Shown one piece after another: positions 24,399 to 31,192 of a stretch of DNA of 32,000 nucleotides (within the stretch, counting starts at the first letter, position 1; each line of letters begins with the position of its first letter). The position numbers and the translations under genes are program-made. A model generated the notes under the pieces. The model was given only the letters and a program-made list of their open reading frames with translations, was not told the DNA's origin and made no database searches. This stretch comes from Haloferax volcanii DS2 (GTDB taxonomy: Archaea; Halobacteriota; Halobacteria; Halobacteriales; Haloferacaceae), in NCBI RefSeq assembly GCF_000025685.1, contig NC_013967.1, positions 840,001 through 872,000 on the forward strand, read 5' to 3'.

Positions 24399-24892
24399 AC
24401 CGCGTCGTCGCCCTCGGACGCGATTGCGAGGCGCTTCAGTCGGTCCTGAAGGTCCTCTGCGCCCTTCGGAGTGAGCCCCGGAATCGCCACGTCGGCCCCG
24501 CGGGAGCCGGCGGTGTAGACGACGGTCGATGCGAGGCCGACGAGCCGTTCGAGCGGGCCGCGGGCCGAGTCGACGTGCTGGACCCGGACGAACGGGACCA
24601 CGGTGTTGACCTTGGTGAGGACGCCGCGTTGGAGGTACAGCGAGTCGTCGCGGACCTCGTAGCCCCACGCCCGATACCGGAGGAGCGCGACGGCGACGCC
24701 GACGACGAGGAAGACGACGCCGACCGCGACGGGGACGAACGTCGGTATCGAGACGGGCGCGAACAGCGTCGCTGCGGTCGCTACGCCGCCGGCGACGAGC
24801 GCGAACACGACCGCTCGGGCGACCCAGAGAAGACGGATACGGGGGTGGAGGCGATTCACGGGAATCCCTCCGAGCGCGTGAACATCGTACAC
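24395..24892 (-). CDS. YdbS-like membrane protein with a single bPH domain
   Basis: 165 aa with GTG start. Two TM helices, then YEVRDDSLYLQRGVLTKVNTVVPFVRVQHVDSARGPLERLVGLASTVVYTAG. Confidence 0.8.
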   Translation of the reverse strand: MYDVHALGGIPVNRLHPRIRLLWVARAVVFALVAGGVATAATLFAPVSIPTFVPVAVGVVFLVVGVAVALLRYRAWGYEVRDDSLYLQRGVLTKVNTVVPFVRVQHVDSARGPLERLVGLASTVVYTAGSRGADVAIPGLTPKGAEDLQDRLKRLAIASEGDDAV

Positions 24893-24912
24893 TCCGGCGT
24901 CTCCTCGAACGG

Positions 24913-24920
24913 ATAAATAA
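24913..24920 (-). promoter_or_regulatory. TATA-like box (TTATTTAT on the minus strand) for the ydbS/ydbT-like operon
   Basis: About 25 nt upstream of GTG 24892, within the 50-nt gap after the preceding gene's stop (24943). Confidence 0.45.
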
Positions 24921-24942
24921 CTGTGGCCGCGCCCGAATCGGC

Positions 24943-25719
24943 TTACGGGGTGGCGGCGAGGTGGCGCTCGACCCGGCGGGTCGCGGTGGCGAGCGTCGCG
25001 CCGACCGCCGCGAGCGTCGCGAGCACCGGGTACCGGACCGACAGGTCGGCGTAGAAGAACTCCGTCACATCCGGAACCAGCCCGGAGAGCGTCCGCCGAT
25101 GGTGGGAAATCGTCTCCTGTCGCGCCGCGACGAGTGCTTCGAGTCGCTCGCGAAGCGCCGAAAGCTCCTCGTAAAGCGCCAACAGCGCGTCGAAGCCGCG
25201 GTCGGACAGCGGCGTTCGGTCGAGGTCATCGAGTCGCCCGAGGAGGGATGCGATATCGTCGCGCATCGACGCCACGGATTCGGCCTCCTCGTCGACGACG
25301 TCGATGAACTGCCCGCGTTCGTCCAGCGACGAGGCGGCGGCCGCTGCAATCGTGCGCCGGAGCGGGGCCGAGAGAACGCTCGCGGACCGGAACGCGGTCG
25401 CAACGTCCGGGCCGAACTCGGCGGCGAAGCTCTCCTCGAAGTCGTCGCCGTACTCCTCGTCGTAGTGCGGGACGGACATCACGGTCCGCTCGTAGCTCCG
25501 GCGCAGGCCGGAGAGCGCGGCGTCGGTTCGCCCCCGCCCGCCCCGCTGGCCCACGAGCGTCCCGGCCGCTGGGGCCTGATTCGGAGCCGACGCCGTCGCC
25601 TGCGACGCGGCGACCTCGCGGCGGAACGCCCGGAACGCCTCGCGTTCGTCCACGCAGCGGCGGCGCTCGGCGCGAAGTGCCTCGCGGGCGTCGTCGAGGC
25701 GGTCGAGACTCACCGCCAT
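24943..25719 (-). CDS. Conserved hypothetical protein, helical/coiled-coil (258 aa)
   Basis: ATG start (CAT 25717-25719) overlaps the metallophosphoesterase 3' end by 10 nt. Arg/Glu-rich helical N-terminus (LDRLDDAREALRAERRRCVDEREAFRAFRREV), an acidic YDEEYGDDFEESF segment, and C-terminal heptad-like LLALYEELSALRERLEALV. No enzymatic motif. Confidence 0.65.
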   Translation of the reverse strand: MAVSLDRLDDAREALRAERRRCVDEREAFRAFRREVAASQATASAPNQAPAAGTLVGQRGGRGRTDAALSGLRRSYERTVMSVPHYDEEYGDDFEESFAAEFGPDVATAFRSASVLSAPLRRTIAAAAASSLDERGQFIDVVDEEAESVASMRDDIASLLGRLDDLDRTPLSDRGFDALLALYEELSALRERLEALVAARQETISHHRRTLSGLVPDVTEFFYADLSVRYPVLATLAAVGATLATATRRVERHLAATP

Positions 25720-26747
25720 CGAACCGCCCCCGGAACGTCCGAGCCGACGACCCGTCGCGGCGGCGTCCGCTCGTCGACGAGCGGGAGCGCCGACAGCTGT
25801 CCGCGGTCGGCGTGCGCGGCGATGCCCTGTCCGTGAGCGGCCCCGCTGGCGGCGAGGGTGTAGGCCTCGGCCATGCCCTTCGGCCCCGCGAGCGGGACGA
25901 GTCGGACCGTCGTCCCGCGGCGGTCGACATCGACCACGACGAACGACTGCGGGAACGAGCAGGTCGCCGGGGCGATGAGTTCGCGGACGCCGGCTCGCAC
26001 GGCCGTCGCGGGCCAGTGGATGTGTCCGGAGAGCACGAGCGGCACGTCGTGGCGCGCGAGCACCGCGGCGAGTTCGTCGGCGTTGCGGAGTTGGTAGAAG
26101 TCGGCGTCGGGGAACTGGTCGGTGTGGCGGCGAGGGTGGAAGACGTTGTGGTGGAAGACGACGATTGGGGTCGTCGCGTCAGCGAGGACGGTTTCGAGCC
26201 AGCGGAGTTGGGCGTCGGGAACGGCCCCCTCGTGGGTGTCGGTGAGAGCGAGGTCCGGGCCGCCGCTGGCGGAGTCGAGGCCGACGACGTCGACGCCGCC
26301 GACCCGGCGGACGAACGGGAGGGAGCCGTCGGCGTAGCGCGCCGCGAACTCGGTCGGCGTCGGGGCGTCGTAGTCGTCCCAGCGCTTCGGCACGTCGTGG
26401 TTGCCGGGCACCGCGACCCGCGGCCCCGGCAGGTCGCGGAGGAGTTCGTCGACCACGTCGTACTCCTCGGGGCGACCGTCGCGGGTCAGGTCGCCGAGGA
26501 GGACCGTCGCGTCGACGTCGAGGTCGGAGATGGTCGAGACGGCGGTTCGAAGCCGCGTCTCGCTCCGGTGGTAGGCCTTCCACGTACCGGAGCCCGTCGG
26601 CGTGACGTGCGGGTCGGAAACGACCGCGAGCCGGGTCGGCGTCTCCGAAACCGGCCGGCCGAGGCGTGCGAGCACGGGACCGGGACCGCGCTCGTCGGGG
26701 CCCCCAACCGGCGTCTCCCCGATTGTCGGCGGGGTGTCCGGACTCAT
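25710..26747 (-). CDS. Metallophosphoesterase (calcineurin-like phosphoesterase superfamily)
   Basis: Start moved to ATG 26747 (MSPDTPPTIG...); the tracked GTG 26873 extension is strongly basic. Motifs VVSDPHV, LLGDLTRDG, VPGNHD, VFHHN, SGHIH. Confidence 0.82.
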   Translation of the reverse strand: MSPDTPPTIGETPVGGPDERGPGPVLARLGRPVSETPTRLAVVSDPHVTPTGSGTWKAYHRSETRLRTAVSTISDLDVDATVLLGDLTRDGRPEEYDVVDELLRDLPGPRVAVPGNHDVPKRWDDYDAPTPTEFAARYADGSLPFVRRVGGVDVVGLDSASGGPDLALTDTHEGAVPDAQLRWLETVLADATTPIVVFHHNVFHPRRHTDQFPDADFYQLRNADELAAVLARHDVPLVLSGHIHWPATAVRAGVRELIAPATCSFPQSFVVVDVDRRGTTVRLVPLAGPKGMAEAYTLAASGAAHGQGIAAHADRGQLSALPLVDERTPPRRVVGSDVPGAVRWR

Positions 26748-26864
26748 CGGTCGATAGTCCGCGTGAACGTCCCCAGCGCGGTCTCCCGGTGGACACGTAT
26801 CCGCCCGGTGTCGGGACACAACTCGATTCGAAGCGGCGACTCGGTGGCGCGCGTCTCGTCCCCG

Positions 26865-26882
26865 TGCATACACGTGGATGCA
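26865..26882. promoter_or_regulatory. Near-perfect 18-bp palindrome TGCATACACGTGGATGCA (16/18 symmetric, CACGTG core), next to an AT-rich promoter-like tract (26893-26945)
   Basis: Read directly. Lies about 120-135 nt upstream of the metallophosphoesterase ATG, and just downstream (minus-strand sense) of the TATA-like ATATATATTTT / TAGATATAGATA tract. Confidence 0.4.
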
Positions 26883-26975
26883 TCCGGAGCGAGATGATAA
26901 ACATGTCGCACAGAATATATATTTTCGAACGTAGATATAGATACTCTACGGAGTCCTCGGGAGTCGGGGCCGGCG

Positions 26976-27422
26976 TCAGTTGAGGAGCAGGCCGGCGTCG
27001 ACGAGGAGCAGGACGGCGACGAGCGCGGCACCGAGGTAGAACGGTGCGGCCTTCTCGGCGGGCGTGCGGACCTTCTTCTCCGCGAGGCCGTCCTTCGCGC
27101 GGACGCGGCCGACTTCGACGAGGCCGGTCAGGACGAACCAGAGCGCGAGCATCCCGAGGACGAGGTGGCCGCGGCCGGAGCCGAACAGGCTGTCGACGGT
27201 GTAGCGCGTGCCGGCGAGGTGGCCGCCGGTCGCGAACATCACGAGCGAGGCCCCGCGGGACCACATCGTCAGCCGCGAGACGACCGATTCGAACGCGGCG
27301 GCGCGGATGTTCCCGGCGCGGGCGGTCGGCAGCACGGCGAGCGCGAAAAAGAGGACGCTCCCCGTCCAGAGACCGCCGACGACGAGGTGGAGCGTTGCCA
27401 TCACGGTGTCGATGAGTGCCAT
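26976..27422 (-). CDS. Integral membrane protein (4 predicted TM), function unknown
   Basis: 148 aa with ATG start (CAT 27420-27422). Hydrophobic helices LHLVVGGLWTGSVLFFALAVL, ASLVMFATGG, LVLGMLALWFVLTGLV and FYLGAALVAVLLLV. Confidence 0.7.
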   Translation of the reverse strand: MALIDTVMATLHLVVGGLWTGSVLFFALAVLPTARAGNIRAAAFESVVSRLTMWSRGASLVMFATGGHLAGTRYTVDSLFGSGRGHLVLGMLALWFVLTGLVEVGRVRAKDGLAEKKVRTPAEKAAPFYLGAALVAVLLLVDAGLLLN

Positions 27423-27535
27423 GTCCGTCGGGTTAGTTCAGCGATGCTTGAAGGTTTCACCTTCGGGCGGGCGAGGCGGGTGGCGCAGCCTCATGCGCAC
27501 GCAGCGAGTGAGCGACAGCGGCGAGGCGACCAACC

Positions 27536-28222
27536 TCACCGAAGCACCGCGGGCGGCTTCGCCGTCACGTCGAGGTCGGCCGCGTAGTGGAGTATCGGGT
27601 CGCCGCCGGGGTGGTCGAAGCCGCAGGCCTCGAACATCGTGTTCGCGCGAATCTCGGCCTCCACGTCCCGTATCGGCCACGGATCGTGGTCGATGTCGCC
27701 GATGACGACGGGCCAGTCGTCCGTGTAGAAGCGGTAGTTCTCGACGAGGAACGCGTCGAGCGACCCGGGGTCGAGGGTCCGTACCTCGCCGGTCGGCCGG
27801 TAGGTCGCCTCGAACCGCGCGTCCGGCGTCTCGGCCGTCGCGGGCCGGTAGCTCTCGTAGTCGACCGCGCCGTCTCGCTCCTCGACCGAGATGTTCGCGT
27901 AGTGGTACGGGAGCCGGTAGCCCAGTCGGGCCATCGTCACGCCGAGGCGGTCCGCGGCGTCGAGGGTGAAGAAGTAGACGCCGCGAGGGCCGCCGTCGGC
28001 GGGTTCGACGTAGGTCCGGAGGTTCACCTCGGGGAACCCCAGTCCGATGGGCGACCCGCGCGGGCGGATGTCAGTCATGTCGAACGAGACGACGCCGAGC
28101 CACGCCCGCCCGTCGTAGGTGGCCACCGAGAGCCGGTCGGGGAGTCGGGGCTCCACGAGTTCGGGGTCGACCGGCCAGTGGGCGAACAGCGTGTGCCGCC
28201 AGCGCATCGACAGGAGGTCCAT
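27536..28222 (-). CDS. DUF2071 (YqjF-like) family protein
   Basis: 228 aa with ATG start. N-terminal W.H.LFAHWPV signature, and EVNLRTYV, typical of DUF2071 as I recall it. Confidence 0.7.
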   Translation of the reverse strand: MDLLSMRWRHTLFAHWPVDPELVEPRLPDRLSVATYDGRAWLGVVSFDMTDIRPRGSPIGLGFPEVNLRTYVEPADGGPRGVYFFTLDAADRLGVTMARLGYRLPYHYANISVEERDGAVDYESYRPATAETPDARFEATYRPTGEVRTLDPGSLDAFLVENYRFYTDDWPVVIGDIDHDPWPIRDVEAEIRANTMFEACGFDHPGGDPILHYAADLDVTAKPPAVLR

Positions 28223-28339
28223 GGCGGCCGTTCGGCCCGCCGACGGGTGTGGGTTTCGGCGGTCGCGGGCATCGCTCCGTTACCTGCGGCCGATTTCTCC
28301 CAACGAAACGCACAGGTGTCTGGCGACGAACTGTCACCC

Positions 28340-29185
28340 ATGGGACTCGAAAACGCCAGCGGCACGTTCGACATCGGCGGCGACCTCACGGTTCACCGAC
28401 TCGGCTTCGGCGCGATGCGCATCACCGGCGACGACATCATCGGCGAGCCGGACGACGTGGAGAACGCGAAGAAGGTCCTCCACGAGTCGCTCACTCACGG
28501 CGTCGACCTCATCGACACGGCGGACTCCTACGGTCCCGCCGTCTCCGAGCGCCTCATCGGCGAGGCGCTCGCGCCCTACCCGGACGACCTCGTAGTCGCC
28601 ACGAAGGGCGGCCTGCTCCGCAACACCGACGGCGACTGGAAACCCAACGGCGACCCCGACTACCTCCGGAACGCCGTCCTCGGGAGCCTCGACCGCCTCC
28701 GCGTGGACACCATCGACCTCTATCAGCTCCACCGCCCGGACCCGCACGTCCCCTTCGAGGACTCGGTCCACGCGCTCGCGGAGATGAAAGACGAGGGGCT
28801 GATTCGACACGTCGGCCTCTCGAACGTCTCGGTCGAGCAGTTCGACGAGGCGCGCGACATCGTCGACATCGCCACGGTCCAGAACCGCTTCAACATCGGC
28901 GACCGCGAGTTCGAGGCGAGCCTCGACGCCTGCGAGGAGTACGGCATCGGCTTCATCCCGTGGTACCCGCTGGGTGCGGGCGACCTCGGCGACCGGGCCG
29001 ACGCCGTCGCCGCGGTCGCGGAAAAACACGACGCGACGCCCCAGCAGATCGCCCTCGCGTGGCTCCTGCACCGCTCCGATGTGATGCTCCCCATCCCCGG
29101 CACGTCCAGCGTCTCGCACCTCCGCGACAACGTGGTGGCCTCGCACATCGACCTCGACGACGAGGACATGGACCGACTGGCCTGA
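28340..29185 (+). CDS. Aldo/keto reductase
   Basis: Start moved to ATG 28340 (MGLENASG...); the tracked ORF from 27587 is antisense to the DUF2071 gene. Motifs LGFGAMRITG, DTADSYG, VVATKGG, LYQLHRPD, GLSNV, IPGTSS. Confidence 0.88.
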   Translation: MGLENASGTFDIGGDLTVHRLGFGAMRITGDDIIGEPDDVENAKKVLHESLTHGVDLIDTADSYGPAVSERLIGEALAPYPDDLVVATKGGLLRNTDGDWKPNGDPDYLRNAVLGSLDRLRVDTIDLYQLHRPDPHVPFEDSVHALAEMKDEGLIRHVGLSNVSVEQFDEARDIVDIATVQNRFNIGDREFEASLDACEEYGIGFIPWYPLGAGDLGDRADAVAAVAEKHDATPQQIALAWLLHRSDVMLPIPGTSSVSHLRDNVVASHIDLDDEDMDRLA

Positions 29186-29186
29186 C

Positions 29187-29798
29187 GTGAACTTCACCGT
29201 CGTACAGGGCGATATCGCCGCCCAGTCGGCCGACGCGCTGGTGAACGCCGCGGGGACGAGCCTCCGGATGGGGTCGGGTGTCGCGGGCGCGCTCCGTCGC
29301 GGCGGCGGCCCCGAACTGAACGAGGCCGCGATGGCGAAGGGACCGATAGACCTCGGCGCGGTCGCCGTCACCGACGCCTTCGACCTCGACGCCGAGGTCG
29401 TGATTCACGCCGCGGCGATGCCCCACGACGGGGACGGGCAGGCGACCGCCGCGAGCATCCGCGACGCCGTCTCGGTGCCCGTGCTCTGCGAGGGCGGCAT
29501 CCGTGAGCGCGGCGAAATCGATCGACTGCTCGGAGACGCCTGCGACGCCGTCGGGATGGCCCGGCCGTTCTACGCCGAACCGGAACCCCCGGCGCGACTG
29601 CTCGGCCGCGACGTGTCGGCCGACACGCGGGTCGTCTGCGAGAACTGCAACAACTGCGCGGTGCCGCAGGCGACGGGCGCGCCGGGCGTCTGTCGAACCC
29701 CCGCGGTGTTGGCTCGCGCGGGGACCCTCAGAATGGAGGGCGCGTACGATACAGACGCCGAGACCGCGGACGCCGACGAGGCCGACCCGGAGGGTTAA
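29187..29798 (+). pseudogene. Chimeric ORF: N-terminal half of a macrodomain fused in frame to the C-terminal fragment of an OYE/FadH-type NADH:flavin oxidoreductase (probable deletion-generated fusion; may still be expressed)
   Basis: aa 1-94 match the first two macrodomain blocks (VVQGDIAAQSADALVNAAGTSLRMGSGVAGAL ... VVIHAAAMPH). The third macrodomain block is absent. From aa 95 the sequence matches the end of an OYE TIM barrel (VPVLCEGGIR...CDAVGMARPFYAEPEPPARLL...CENCNNC). GTG start lies 1 nt after the AKR stop. Tandem TAA TAA stops. Confidence 0.55.
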
Positions 29799-29801
29799 TA
29801 A
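29795..29801 (+). promoter_or_regulatory. TATA box (TTAATAA) for the wHTH regulator gene
   Basis: Centre about 27 nt upstream of ATG 29825. Overlaps the tandem stop codons of the preceding ORF. Confidence 0.45.
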
Positions 29802-29824
29802 GGCTCTCGCCGGAGTTCTGGATA

Positions 29825-30199
29825 ATGGCGCGCGACCGGTCCGCGATGGAGTCGGCCGAACTGACGGCGGTGCTCGACGCGCTCGACGACGCGGACGCCC
29901 GAGCCATCATCAGAGGACTCGAAGAACCCATGACGGCAAGCGAAATCTCAGATACGTGTGACATCCCGCTTTCGACGACGTACAGGAAGCTGGACCTGCT
30001 CACGGACGCGGCGCTCCTCTCCGAGGGGACCCAGATTCGCGCGGACGGTCACCACGCGACGACCTACGAGGTCGCCTTCGACGAGGTGCGAATCGCCCTC
30101 AACGACGAGCGCGACTTCGACGTCGCGGTCGGCCGCCCCGAGCAGACGCCCGACGAACGCCTCGCCGATATCTGGTCGCGGGTGCGGAGGGAGACCTGA
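29825..30199 (+). CDS. Winged helix-turn-helix transcriptional regulator (ArsR/PadR-like, haloarchaeal type)
   Basis: 124 aa. LDALDDADARAIIRGLEEPMTASEISDTCDIPLSTTYRKLDLLTDAALL is a typical wHTH layout. Confidence 0.75.
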   Translation: MARDRSAMESAELTAVLDALDDADARAIIRGLEEPMTASEISDTCDIPLSTTYRKLDLLTDAALLSEGTQIRADGHHATTYEVAFDEVRIALNDERDFDVAVGRPEQTPDERLADIWSRVRRET

Positions 30200-30492
30200 T
30201 GGGGCATCTCACCACATCGCCGACGATCGCGACGATGATTATCGTCGTCAAGACCGGCATCCTCGTCCTCGGCGGGCTCATCACCTACTTCAGCTACAAG
30301 GCGTACCGGAACACGGGAGCGGCGTCGCTCCGCGCGCTCGCACTCGGCTTCGGCGTCGTCACCCTCGGCGCGATGCTCGGCGGCGCGCTCGACGTGATTC
30401 TCAACGTCAACCTCGCCACCGGACTGCTCATCGACTCGGTGCTGACGCTCATCGGCTTCGCGGTCATCACCTACTCGCTGTACGTCGACTGA
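30199..30492 (+). CDS. Small 3-TM membrane protein coupled to the wHTH regulator
   Basis: 97 aa. The ATG shares one nucleotide with the upstream TGA (TGATG). Followed by hairpin CGAAAG-GCGG-CTTTCG (30500-30515). Confidence 0.7.
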   Translation: MGHLTTSPTIATMIIVVKTGILVLGGLITYFSYKAYRNTGAASLRALALGFGVVTLGAMLGGALDVILNVNLATGLLIDSVLTLIGFAVITYSLYVD

Positions 30493-30676
30493 GCCGGACC
30501 GAAAGGCGGCTTTCGAACTTCCCGAGCCGCCTCCGAACCAACCCGTAACTCGCGGTCGCGTCGCCGCCGTCTCTGTCTCGTCTCTCGGTCGCAACCCACA
30601 GCGGCGTCTCCGGAGCGTGCCGCCTGTCACCACGAACCACTCTTTGGAGATATTATTGCTCGAATTGTGCAAAACC

Positions 30677-30684
30677 GTTATTAC
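30677..30684 (+). promoter_or_regulatory. TATA box (GTTATTAC) for thioredoxin
   Basis: Centre about 26-27 nt upstream of ATG 30707. A second AT-rich box lies at 30649-30659. Confidence 0.45.
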
Positions 30685-30706
30685 GTCGCGGCCGATATCG
30701 GTAGGT

Positions 30707-31132
30707 ATGTCCGACGACGAACTGACCGACATCCGGAAGCAGAAACGCGAACAACTCGAATCCAAGCTCCGCGGTGACGGCGGGAGTGCGGCGAAAGAAG
30801 CCTCGGCTGGCCCGGCAGAGCCCATCCACGTCGACGGCGCGGACGAGCTGGACGACGCCGTCGCCTCGTACGACGTGGTGCTCGTGGACTTCTACGCGGA
30901 CTGGTGTGGTCCGTGCAAGATGCTCGAACCCACCGTGAAGAAGCTCGCGGAGAACACCGACGCCGCGGTCGCCAAGGTCGACGTGGACGCGAATCAGGAG
31001 CTCGCCGCCCAGTACCAGGTTCGGGGCGTCCCGACGATGGTGTTGTTTGCCGACGGCGAGGCGGTCGAACAGCTCGTCGGCGTCCGCGGCTACGACGACC
31101 TGAAGAACCTCGTCGAAGCCCACCTCGCGTAA
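30707..31132 (+). CDS. trxA: Thioredoxin
   Basis: Start moved to ATG 30707 (MSDDELTDIRKQ...). Active site FYADWCGPCKM and the cis-Pro context VRGVPT. Confidence 0.9.
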   Translation: MSDDELTDIRKQKREQLESKLRGDGGSAAKEASAGPAEPIHVDGADELDDAVASYDVVLVDFYADWCGPCKMLEPTVKKLAENTDAAVAKVDVDANQELAAQYQVRGVPTMVLFADGEAVEQLVGVRGYDDLKNLVEAHLA

Positions 31133-31143
31133 GCGTTCTCGGT

Positions 31144-31158
31144 CCCCGAGACTCGGGG
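31144..31158 (+). terminator. Hairpin CCCCGAG-A-CTCGGGG followed by a T-rich tract, downstream of thioredoxin
   Basis: Starts 12 nt after the TAA. Followed by TCGATTTATT, which doubles as the next gene's TATA box (31163-31168, about 27 nt before ATG 31193). Confidence 0.4.
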
Positions 31159-31192
31159 TCGATTTATTGACTCTCTCGCCCGACCGTCGGGT

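Noticed and set aside
22899-24449. 516-aa plus-strand ORF
   Set aside because: It is antisense to the YdbT-like gene, which has three recognisable repeated TM + bPH modules. Shadow-frame composition.
26666-27031. Tracked ORFs 26666-26983 (+) and 26744-27031 (-) in the AT-rich region upstream of the metallophosphoesterase
   Set aside because: They have basic, low-complexity translations and span a promoter-like AT tract. They overlap the 3' end of the 26976-27422 membrane-protein gene. The region is better explained as regulatory or leader DNA.
28249-29190. 313-aa plus-strand ORF overlapping the aldo/keto reductase in another frame, and the 345-aa antisense ORF 28334-29371
   Set aside because: Their composition is about 30% Arg with abundant Pro and Gly. 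The AKR frame carries all family motifs.
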